64,000 bases of DNA. Origin: a virus (taxonomy: Duplodnaviria > Caudoviricetes). The notes under the pieces were generated by a model. The model was not told the DNA's origin and made no database searches. It worked only from the letters and a program-made list of their open reading frames with translations. Location: positions 284 to 64,283 of IMG/VR virus record IMGVR_UViG_3300029267_001596; one strand, 5' to 3'. Made by a program: the position numbers and the translations under genes. Of this stretch, positions 24,245-34,900 are shown in pieces; position 1 is the first letter of the stretch, and the number at the start of each line of letters is the position of its first letter.

Positions 24245-27200
24245 ATGTCACCTTTACGATAAACTGCGTGATCCCCGAATCCGGCTCGGCCCCGAACCGC
24301 AGGAACACGCACTTGCCGGAAGGAATGGTTGCATCGTCAAATCCCGCCGCAATGGAGGTCGTGCCATTGGTGGTATCTATCACATCGATCACCGTCGTAT
24401 TGGCCTGTCCGATGAACGCATCACAGAAGCACAGGTCGATGTCGAGTTCCGTGGCGGGATCCGCATCGCACGTCACCTCGATCTTCGTCACTGTGCAGGC
24501 CGCCGCCACACCGAGGTCAATGGGGATCTCGTGGTCGATGGCATAGGCCCCGTCAGGGTCCATAACAACGAACATCCAGTGCTTGTCCTCGCCTGCGGAT
24601 CGGGACGGCATGGTCATGGTCTTGCCGGAAAGGTCCAGGGTTGCAGCAAGTTCGCTCTCATCCACCGAACCGTCAGTGATGTCGTCGCCCGCCAGTGCAT
24701 CGCCAGTCTGGAGGAAGTTGGATACATCCGACAGAACAGCGTACAACCCATCCTCGTTATTCAACTGCACCTCGAACGTGCTGTCGGCCGTGCCCTTGGC
24801 GTAGAAGTCCGTGTCTGCCTCTAGGTCCAACGACCCGCGCATCTGCGCGAAGGTCTGAGCCATCAATGTGCGCCCGTTGGCGCTGGCGTCCGATATGTCC
24901 GCCAAAGTCACTCCAGCCGGTTCGTAGGTTCCGTCATGGTCGTGCCCAGAGGTCGCATACGTCCCACTCAGGTCGGGAATGTTCCCGGAATGGATGTTCG
25001 TCGCGCCCTGATCACCCGTCCAGTCGATGTGCTCGTTGGCAACGAAGTCGCTGAACCCGTCGTGCGAGGCACTACCCGCCAGGACGATTGCCGTCCCCTC
25101 GATCGCCACCGCCCCTGCGCCAGTGCGCGTGAGGGTGGTATCGGAAGCATGCCCCAGTTCAATGGACGTGAACTGAGGCGAATCGCCCGTATCGAGACCC
25201 AACACAGCCCGCATCGCTGCGTAGTTGGCTGCCGCGTTGAAGGACTGAACATTGGCGCTCGGGGTGATACCCGCCCAAGTGGTCAAGTCGGCGTCCGCGT
25301 CCTGGAAGGCGCTGGCGCTCTCGCCGTCCAACAGATCGGCATTCAGGTTGGTACAGACCGTTGTAGAGGAGACCGTCAAGGGAGCCGTCCCGGTCGCCAC
25401 ATCAGAGATGAACCGCGGGGCCGTGATGTAGTAGGCCCCCACGTCCCAGTTGGCCGTCAGAGGGATTGTGCCGTCCGCCTTGAGGTCGCCTGCGCCGCCG
25501 CTGCCGTTTGATGCCGCAGTGACCCGCCCATCGGCGTCCACAGTGATGCTGGCAAGTGTGTAGCTGCCCGGCGTCACGGCCGTGGATGCGAGTTCGTCCG
25601 AGTCAACTGTCCCGGTCTTGATCGTCGCCGTCACCACATTGGCCGCGTTCGTGAAGTTGATGTCCCCGCCGTCCTGGAAGTCAGGATCAACAGTCGCCCC
25701 GCTATCAACTGAAACACTGTCGCCACCGGCTGCACCAGCTTGATTCACAAATGACAGATTCCCTGCACCGTCCGTTTGGATGACTTGCCCACTTGATCCA
25801 TCGGCAGAGGGCAGTGTATAGGTGGTAGTGCCAATGTCTGTAGATGGCACTTGGATGCGGATGAAATCTATGCCGTGATCGCTGTCCTCAAAGATACGTA
25901 GGAAGCCGCCGCCCGTGTCGCCGTAGCGGACATTAAGGCCCTGCGTTGCTTCACCCACGATATCCGCCCAGGTCCCAGGCGTTCCTGCCGCCGTGCATAC
26001 CCAGCCCCTTGCGTAGCCCAATTCGCCAACGCCACTGAAATACCAATCTCCCGTCTTGTGCGTGCCAGTCGAAGGGGCAGAGGCAAGAGTGTAGTGAAGC
26101 TGAATCCGCGCCCCGCTGATGTATTCCGGCCAGATATAGTTGTCGCTGCCGTAGGTGTTCCCGAAGATCTTCCGCGTACCGGTGGTCAGATCATGGATCA
26201 AGCCGTTCGTGACCGACGAACCTGCACCGGAAATGATCGACGCCGTGAGATCCGAGATCCGCGTTAGATAGCAATTCAGGTTCAGCTTGACCAGCGAATC
26301 GGCCGTGTTGCCTCCAGCCAGATATCCATAGATGCCGCGAACACAGTTGCCGTTGTGGTTGGCGTGAATCTCCAGGTATGGCCCCGTACAGCCCCCCTCA
26401 AAGTGCAGGTCTTCACATCGATTGTAATGCCCGTCAATTGTAAACGCCGCATCGCTGGACGATCCACAACTGGAGAACAGGAGATTACTCAACAGGCTGC
26501 CAGAGCCGTCCAGGTAAATGCCCTCTTTAGTGCAAGTCCAGACCTCGATGTTATCAAGCACACCAGCGTTCGCATTAATCTTGAGTCCAATACCGGTGAC
26601 GTTCCGGATGAACACGTTCTCCATCCTTGCGACCGCCCCGAAGGCCGTCCCGTTATATCCGAGGTAAACCAATGCGGTAGTAATCGTGTTGTCATTGCCG
26701 TGGAACCCGATATTCTCGATGATGATGTTCGCGGAGCTGGTGTCATCAGTAATCAGCGCTCCAGTCTGGCCGGAGACCTGCTTGATATAGGTGTGGCCCT
26801 CATCAGACCCAAGCAATTTGCATCCCGCAGGCAGAACAAGCTGAGTTGCCATGAAGGTGCCGTCAGGGAAGAAGACTACGCCGTCACCACCTGCTGCGTC
26901 AATCGCTGCTTGGATTGCTGCGGTGTCGTCCGTGGAGCCATCGCCGGTTGCGCCAAAAGCTTTAACATTATAGACAGTCGGCACCATCGCCGTATCGAAG
27001 AATGTCCCGCCCAACTGCTCATGCCGCATGAACTGACAGTTTGTTCCGGCACCAAGACTGTACGTAACCCCAGTTGCGTTGTAGATGAGGTTATCCCAGA
27101 CAACGCAGTTCGTGCCACCCGCATCCAAGGTGATGCCATCTTGGACGGTGCAGATTGTATTATCTGAGATCTTTATGTCACGCATGTCCCCGGTCGCGTG

Positions 27201-28931
27201 TTTTGTCGCCTCAATCCCGTGTTCGATCTCTGCCAGTCCAACGCCAGATATGACGTTACCGATGATCTGGTGCTCTCTGTTTCCCGTTACGGCCGAACCA
27301 CCGAGAAAGATACCAACATGACTGGCGCTGCTCTCGTCGCTGCCGAGCGAGTGACCCGTCTCACTCGTGTCCCCGCCAGCGACCCCGGCAATCAGGTTGT
27401 TGATGATCTGGACGCGACGCACCTTGGGGTAGGCGAGGATGCCGTACTTGCCGCCGATGTCATAAAGCTGGTTGCCCTGGACACGCCAGTTGACGATGCT
27501 TGTCCCGGCGTTGATGAGGGCGATCCCGTTACAGCCCACGCCCTTGATGATATTGTTGGCGACGACCGTGTCGCCGGCCCAAATCATAACACCACTGGCC
27601 TCCAGTGCCGCGGTGTCTTGAGTGATTGTATTGCCGGTAATCGTGGAGTTTTCGCAGTCCGCCTTGACATTGATGACCCCCTGAGCGCACTCGCAATCGA
27701 GAAACGCGTTATTGGAAACCACCGCCCGGCCGACGTCTCGGATATAGACCGCTTCACAGTTCGTAGGATCGGTCTGGGCGATGTTCTCGAAATGGTTCCC
27801 AGTGATAATCGCATCAGTCGCCTCGTGGACCATAACCCCCTTGGTCTCGGTAGTGGCGCCGCCCACGATATCGTGGAAATGGCAGTTGGTCACAGTGAGA
27901 CGCTCCCTGCCCGTTGACGGAGTTGTGTCCAGTCCGTACCAGATGCCCAATACGCCCATGCCTGCGACCTTGTGCGAGAGATTGGAAAACGTGCAATTCG
28001 TGACGGTGGTATTGGTCATCACCTGAGACGTCAACCACAAGCCTTGATTGCCGTCATCGAACACGCAGCCGTCCACAAGCAAATCAGCAAACCCACCCGT
28101 CGTCGTATCGAAGTACATGCCGTACTGCATGTCCTCGAACCGGCAGTCTTTCAGCGTAATCTTGTCGATAGTGGTCGCCAGGGTGGTGCAGGTGAAGAGC
28201 GTATCGAACGACTTGATCGTCACGCCCTGGACGTGTAGTTCGTCCCTAACCTCCAGGAAGTCCACATCACCACTGTCACCCGGCCCGACAATGACCGTCT
28301 GGGCCGCGCCGTCGCCAACGATTCGCAGGTTGCCGCCCGTGACCGTAAAGGCACTCCATGTCGCCAGAGAGTACGTGCCAGCCGGCAAATACAGTGTCGC
28401 GCCGCTGGATACCGCCGCTGCATGAGCGGCGTTGATTTCAGTCGTGCAGTCCGTTGCTCCAGTGTTGTCGGCGTTGTATGGGGCTTCGGTCACGTCGATC
28501 ATGTGCTGCTTCTGGAGGTCGAGGAGGTCGCGCATCTCTGCCGCCGTGCGTTTGAGCACCAGGGACCGGCCCAGATTGCTGTGCGGGATCGCCACCGGAC
28601 GCGCCGGCTGGGCATGGAGGGCCGGCGCCAGCAGGCAGGCGAATACTGCGACCGCCAGGATGCTCCGGGCAAGATCGCCCTGGCATGGCCGAGCCCTCTC
28701 TGCTATACTACACGTATGGTCTCCCGGAGGATTCGTCGCACCGTTCGTATCGCTCGCCTTGTGGCGGTCGAGTTGCACTATCTGCTGCTGTATATGGGCA
28801 GCTTCCCGATCCTGATACCCTACAACCTCTTCCGCGCATTCCTGGTTGACCCTGTCCTTGAGCGGTTGAGCCCACGCTTTCGCACGCGCGAAGAGGCCGA
28901 AGAACTGAAGCGTTTGATCGAATAGGTTCAT
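24231..28931 (-). CDS. Tailspike/fibre with two pectate-lyase-like beta-helix domains
   Basis: IDVTEAPYNADNTGATDCT..INAA and YNVKAFGATGDGSTDDTAAIQAAID starts; fibre motifs TYTLPSADG..GQV..TDG.GNLS and TNLNADLLDG. Confidence 0.85.
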   Translation of the reverse strand: MNLFDQTLQFFGLFARAKAWAQPLKDRVNQECAEEVVGYQDREAAHIQQQIVQLDRHKASDTNGATNPPGDHTCSIAERARPCQGDLARSILAVAVFACLLAPALHAQPARPVAIPHSNLGRSLVLKRTAAEMRDLLDLQKQHMIDVTEAPYNADNTGATDCTTEINAAHAAAVSSGATLYLPAGTYSLATWSAFTVTGGNLRIVGDGAAQTVIVGPGDSGDVDFLEVRDELHVQGVTIKSFDTLFTCTTLATTIDKITLKDCRFEDMQYGMYFDTTTGGFADLLVDGCVFDDGNQGLWLTSQVMTNTTVTNCTFSNLSHKVAGMGVLGIWYGLDTTPSTGRERLTVTNCHFHDIVGGATTETKGVMVHEATDAIITGNHFENIAQTDPTNCEAVYIRDVGRAVVSNNAFLDCECAQGVINVKADCENSTITGNTITQDTAALEASGVMIWAGDTVVANNIIKGVGCNGIALINAGTSIVNWRVQGNQLYDIGGKYGILAYPKVRRVQIINNLIAGVAGGDTSETGHSLGSDESSASHVGIFLGGSAVTGNREHQIIGNVISGVGLAEIEHGIEATKHATGDMRDIKISDNTICTVQDGITLDAGGTNCVVWDNLIYNATGVTYSLGAGTNCQFMRHEQLGGTFFDTAMVPTVYNVKAFGATGDGSTDDTAAIQAAIDAAGGDGVVFFPDGTFMATQLVLPAGCKLLGSDEGHTYIKQVSGQTGALITDDTSSANIIIENIGFHGNDNTITTALVYLGYNGTAFGAVARMENVFIRNVTGIGLKINANAGVLDNIEVWTCTKEGIYLDGSGSLLSNLLFSSCGSSSDAAFTIDGHYNRCEDLHFEGGCTGPYLEIHANHNGNCVRGIYGYLAGGNTADSLVKLNLNCYLTRISDLTASIISGAGSSVTNGLIHDLTTGTRKIFGNTYGSDNYIWPEYISGARIQLHYTLASAPSTGTHKTGDWYFSGVGELGYARGWVCTAAGTPGTWADIVGEATQGLNVRYGDTGGGFLRIFEDSDHGIDFIRIQVPSTDIGTTTYTLPSADGSSGQVIQTDGAGNLSFVNQAGAAGGDSVSVDSGATVDPDFQDGGDINFTNAANVVTATIKTGTVDSDELASTAVTPGSYTLASITVDADGRVTAASNGSGGAGDLKADGTIPLTANWDVGAYYITAPRFISDVATGTAPLTVSSTTVCTNLNADLLDGESASAFQDADADLTTWAGITPSANVQSFNAAANYAAMRAVLGLDTGDSPQFTSIELGHASDTTLTRTGAGAVAIEGTAIVLAGSASHDGFSDFVANEHIDWTGDQGATNIHSGNIPDLSGTYATSGHDHDGTYEPAGVTLADISDASANGRTLMAQTFAQMRGSLDLEADTDFYAKGTADSTFEVQLNNEDGLYAVLSDVSNFLQTGDALAGDDITDGSVDESELAATLDLSGKTMTMPSRSAGEDKHWMFVVMDPDGAYAIDHEIPIDLGVAAACTVTKIEVTCDADPATELDIDLCFCDAFIGQANTTVIDVIDTTNGTTSIAAGFDDATIPSGKCVFLRFGAEPDSGITQFIVKVTYDFD

Positions 28932-31900
28932 CGCGACGCCCCCTGTGATTGTTGAATCAATGCTTTTACCCGCCGTCGCCGCTCCTGGCTGCGAGCGCGA
29001 TTTGCCTGCCGCTCCAGAACGCTTAGACGGCTCCATTCGGTGAAATCGGCGGGCGTGAGGTCCTTCAGAGCCCGCTTGATCCGCTCGGCCTTCTCCTCCT
29101 TGCCCTCGTGCGCGACCCATTTGTCCGGCTCGCGCAGTGCGGTCTTGCGGGAGTCGGCATAGGTCACATCAGCCAGCGCCAGCAGCTTCTCCGGGTTGGT
29201 CATCATTCGATAGGGGTTCTCGTGCTCGCGCAGGGCCCTCTGGACCGGCCAGTACAGTTCCTGAGTCGGGCCCGGCAACGGGACTCCGGCCAGTTGGGCG
29301 ACCACAATAGCCGCTTCCGCCGCCGCGTCCTCAGCGTGCCCGCGCCACTTGAGTTCGCCCTTTCGCGGCCCGCTCTGGAACCGCTCCTGACTGGCGATCT
29401 CCTGGGCGATCTGGGGGCCCTTGTCAAAGGCCAAACTGTAGGAGTCCGCGAACATCTGACCGATCGGATCGTCGTATGGCTCAGCCTTCCACACGTGCTC
29501 GCCGCGCGTGCGCTTGAGCGCCAACTTCAAACCGCTCTGGAGATGCTGGCCCCCCGGCATAAGACTCAGGAGATTCCCCGCCGTGTCCTCGGCCAGCTTG
29601 CCTGCCAGTCGCCGTCGCTCGCCTTTACTGGGTCCCTCCTTGTCGTCCGGGTCAATCACTCCCAGGGCTACCAGCGCGGCGACAGAGCCTGTATACAGCC
29701 CGTATCGCAGGCCCCACTTCCAGGCGGCGATCAGGGCGTTGGCGGCGATAACGCCTCCGACCTCCTGGGAATACTGCCAGCCCCCCTTACCGCCACCCTT
29801 GGCAAGGCTGTTGTTCGCCCGCAACAAAACGTTCCACTGCTTCTCTCGCGCTGACCGGAACATCAGGCCGAGCCGCAGCCACAGACTGGGCGACCCGGAC
29901 AGTACGCTCCGGTTGAGCATATCCCACATCGGTTGGGTGCGGCGCGTGACGTACTCGGTGCGACGAATGACCGCCTCGTCGAAGGCCTCGCCCTTCAGTT
30001 CGGGATGCAGAGCACGGGTCTCCGCTTCAGCGGCCGCGTGGATATGGGCGATGGCGGCCTGGTCGCCCCAGACCAGGCCTTTCATCGGCTTCTCCAGGAT
30101 CGGGCTCTTGTCCCAGACCAGCGTTTCCATGGTGTGCTGGGCCATGAGCGAGCCGACCTCAACGTTGATCTTCTTACCCGTCCACCGCTCCCAGAGAACA
30201 GGTGACAGTTCCTTCATCTTCTTGACGCGAGCGAGCACCTGCGCCTTGGTCAGGGCCTTGAGGAAGTAGCGCGGCTTGATCTCGCTCTGAGCGACCGGGG
30301 CGCTGAGGATCTGATTGCCGACCGTACTGATCCGCAGGCCCAACACGCTGCGCGCGAATTTGCTCAGCAGCTTCTGGCCGGCCATCTCGGCCACCGACTG
30401 ATCGGTGCGGTAGCCCTGCACGCGACGCAGAATGGTGAGCGCTGCGCTGACCAGGTCCTGATGACCTGCCTTGCGCATGGCGTCCTGCCATTCGGAGGTG
30501 TTGACGATCGAGCGCAGGTTGCGCATCGGTACGGCCATGCCGTAGTAGGTCGCGGCCGTCTGGATGTTGTTGACTACTTCTTGAGTGAAAGGACGAATCT
30601 CGATGCGCTGGGTCCCACCTGTTCGTGGCTGGAACGGCCCGGAGTCCTCAATCGCCACATCACTGATCCGCCCGGACATCTTGCTCGGCAGCGCCCGGTG
30701 GATCCGCCAGTGGTTCGGGTTGGTCGCCAGTTCGTAGCCTTCCAGACGCAGAGCGACTTCATTGATGCCCGGGGCCAGGATCTCGTTGTTCAGATCGGTG
30801 TACAGGTCGCAGAACGCGCGCTGCTTGTCGCTCAGTTGGTCCACGGCCTGGTTGAGCTGCGCCAGGTCTTTGAAGGCGGGCAGCAACTCCCCTTTGAGCC
30901 GATGGCCGGTGGTCGTCATGAACCGTTCGACGTTGTCGGGGTTCTGCAGGTGCATGTACAGGTCCATGACGTACTCGACAGGCACCTTGCGTTTGACGGC
31001 GCCGCTCTCAATCTCGACGGTGTCCTTCTGGAGTGCCTTGAAGTCCTGATGAGTGAAGCCGATCTCGTCGACCCCTTCTTCGATCATTACAATCGCCCTG
31101 CGAATCAGATCGGCGCGCTTGCGCCACCCGTCATTGAGCGCATCACTGAACAACCTCCGCGTCTGGGTGTCGCCGGATCGGGTCATCAGTTCGGCCAGGG
31201 TATCCAGATGGGCCGAATCGGTTTTGAGGACGCGACGAGCGACCTTCCGGGCCGGCTTGCGAATCTCCTGGGGCAAGCCCTCTAGATCTCTCGCCGTCCG
31301 GCGGACCGCCTCTTTGGTCGGCACAACTTCGTCCAGCATGGCCTTGAGCACCGCGTCCCGCTCCCGGGCCTCGTTCTCTTCGAATATCTGCCGCGATGTC
31401 TCGTATTGGTGGACGATGTACTTGAGCGTGCTGGTAATGGCACGGATATCGTCGGCGGTCATGCTGCGAATCGACGTCTGGCCCAGTCGGGCCATCTCCT
31501 TGATCCGTGCCTCAGGAACGTCGAGCAGCATTGCGCCCGTCGCCGGGTCGATCTGCTGCATGGTGGTGCCCAGCTCGCGAGCGAGCTTGCTGATCCGCCG
31601 TCCGAGGGTCTCCAGTTGGACACGCTTGACCGCGGAGATATCCTTAAGCTGGATGCCGCCCATCAGCTTCTCGATTCGATCCCGCGCCGCTTTGTCAAGC
31701 TTACCCAGCTTCGCCTGACCGCGTCGATAGTCCTTCTGGATCTTCTTCCAAGTCGCCTTCAGTTCAGCGATCGCTGCTCGCTTGTCGTTGCCCCGCAAGA
31801 CCTCTTCTGTCTTGGCGATGACCTTGCCCAGGTCCTTGAGATTGGTCTTGGTCCGGGCCTTAGGGTTGACCCTCTGCAGGATCGAAAGGAACCGATGCTG

Positions 31901-34900
31901 ATCGGCCTTGGGGACGTTCTTTCTCACGTAGTCGAACAACTCGGCCCCGATAGCGATCAGGTCGGCGTTCTCGGCCTTGAGCCGGTTCTTGAACTGTTGG
32001 AGTTTCGACAGATGGCGTTGACTGACCTTCGGATGCTCGCCGTAATCAAACGCCTCCTCGATCGTCGGGCTGGCCTGCTTGACGTACCGGACCTGGTCCC
32101 GGATCGGCTGCGACATGTCCACGAGTGTGTAATGGCCCTTGGCCGGCGGTTTCGGACGGGTCTGGAACTTGCCCGTGGAGCCCTGGACCACGTACATCGG
32201 ACGACCCAACTTGCCGGACGCCTTGATGGCCCGATCCACGGCGTTGCGCCGGCTCTTCCAGTTGATCGACGCGGCGCCGACGGAGACCTGGTAGCCCGGC
32301 CCCTCACTGCCGATCGAATGCGTCTGGCGCAGATAAGTGACGGTCTCGGAGTCGAGGCCGTAGTCCTCCTGCATGACCTGGAGTGCCTTGCTGATCGCCG
32401 CGTTGATATCACCCACATCCTCCCGGTCGGCCAGCATGTTGCGCTTCAGAAGAAGGAGTTCGAGTTCCGGATCGCCCCCCTGGGCGGCCTGTTCGGCCAG
32501 GGCCTGATCGAACTTGGTCTTTCCAGTCTTGCCCTGGGCCGCCACGGCCCCCTTGAGTCGCTCGAGGAAGCCGTTGATATCGCCCGGCCAGCCCATCTCC
32601 TGGGCCGCCTCGTCCCAATGCTGGCCCCGGTTCTTGTCGTGGGTGACGTACTGCCCGAGTTCGCTCTTGTAATCGCCCGCCGCGGTCCGCTTCTCGCCCG
32701 CGTAGGCCTCGACCTCACCTTTGTACCGTTCGGGGATATAGTAGCGCGTCAGGCCGACGCTCGTAAACGACTCTTCCGAAGCCTGCTCCTGGGCCAGTGT
32801 GTAGAGAGGATGATTCTTAATCGCCTTGGTGGTCTTGCCCATCGCAGCGCGGCGTTTGCTTTCGGTGAACGCGCTGCCCTGTGTCTCTGCGTCCCGCGGT
32901 TCTCCTGGTGCTTCTGAGCCGCTCCCTTCGCCAGGCGATGGCTGGTGAGCGGTGTGCGTTGCAGGTTTTTCAATCACCACCATACGAACACTGACGCCCG
33001 TCTGGCGGAAAGACTCCTTGCCGGTGAACGACTTGGCGGGCAGTCTCTCACTCGTACCGTCTACCTCTTCGAGCCACTCTCGGAACTGCGTAGCTTTCTT
33101 GTCTGACCGGGTGAACGAGCCCTCGCTCATCAATGCGACCACACGGCCGCCCGGTTCGAGCAGGTCGTACGCATGACGTACGTGCTCGATGTCCTGGCCC
33201 TTCTCGTAGGGAGGGTTCATCACGATTCGGTCGTACTTGCCCTCGAACTCCATGAAGTCTCGTGCAACGGGCTGGTATCCCTTCAACGCCAGAATGTCGC
33301 CCAACGACGAACTCGTTTCGACGGTATCGGGAGCGATCCCCGTCTCCTGCTTGATGACGTCGGCTAGATCGCCCTTACCGGCGGACGGCTCCAGGACCTT
33401 CATGCCCTCTTCGATCTCGGCGGACTCGACCATGCGCTTGCCTACGGTGGCCGGCGTCGGGAAGAAGCCGGGTATCTTGACCCCGATCAAAGCAGCCGTC
33501 TTCTCTCGGATCTTCTGGTCGGTCCTGGAGTCCTTAGGGGCGGGTTTCAATAGCGACCGGGCGTCATTGCGGGCTTTATCAAGATCAGCCTGACTGCGGA
33601 TCCCCAACGCCCAGAATCGCTTGCCTTGGGCCAGGTCTTCTCGTCCGAGTCGGGCGCCGTGCTTCCTGGCCACGCGTGTGAGCTGCTCCATCGCCTTGAG
33701 TTGTTCGGCCGTCCTGGGCTCGTAGCCGTAGGCGCCGTGGCGGGGTACACCCTTCAGTGCGTCCCGGATTGCCGGTGCGCCCGGTTTGCCCTTGATGGCT
33801 TTCAGGGCGTCGTCCACAACGGATTTGTGCATCCAGGGCGGTGAGTAGGTCTGGGCCAGCACCGTCTCTGCGTCGGCCTTGGTCTTGACCTTGGCGAGGC
33901 TCTCGGGCAGGTCGCCCGCCTCGATTCGATCGGCAATAGCACGCAGAAGCTGCTGCACCTCCTGCATGCGCCGGCCCTGCTCCATCATGTTCCCAGCGAT
34001 ACTCGCCCGCCGCGCGGTGACGTTCTGCTGGCCGATCGCAGGGTTCAGCTTCGCCTCTATCTGGGAGTCCATCCGGTCCGCCAGGTCGCGCAACTTCCCG
34101 ACCCGCTTCTCGTCAACGGCCTGCTTGAGGGTCTTCTTGACAGGCGGAGCGTCCGTTACACCGGCCGCCGCCTGGGCCTCGGCGACCTTCGCAACCATCT
34201 CATTCCGCACCGCCTCAAGCTGATCGCCCAGCCGATCGACCTCCGCCTTTGTGCCGGGTTCGTCCTTGTTCGGTCCGAGTTCCAGGTCAGCGATGTCGTT
34301 TTCGACGCGCTGAAATTCCGGGTCGCTGTCGGCCAGGTACTCAAGAACGGCGTCCTGTATGTTGTCCGGTTTGTCGCTGGCTTCTGCCCAGTAGGCGTTG
34401 AAGGCTTGGATGGTTCTGGGGTCATGCGCCGTTTCGCTAGGCTGGGACGTCGCGGCCCTTTTTACCTGCCCAGCCACTGGCTGGTGAGGGGCCTGCTTGG
34501 AGGGAGATTGTATGCCGGGCGCTTCCTGCCCGGCGGTGCGGTCAAAAGAGGCGAGGGCTTCATTGACCTCCTCTTCAAACCTCATCACGATATCGGCTAT
34601 GTTGGTATCGGTGACTTCCAGATCAATGTCGGGCTCGCGAAAGGCGCTCGCAGACAACTGGCCGCTGATGTGGTCTGACAGCCGGATTTTCAACAGCTCC
34701 GTTCGGGTGTGATTGGGTTCAATCTGCTTTATGGTTATGTACTGCGAATTGCCTGCGGCCGAAGTGTACTCCGCTATCTCAAGGCCGTTTGCTTCTGCCC
34801 ATCTATCGAGTTCGCCAAGGTAGGCGTTATTCAGATGGCCTTTCGCATCCAAATACGGATGGCTTCTTATGCGGTCGCGGTGCGCCTCCCTCTTCTGCTG

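Noticed and set aside
24231-28931. Diversity-generating retroelement or invertible tail cassette
   Set aside because: No reverse transcriptase, no TR/VR pair and no invertase seen.
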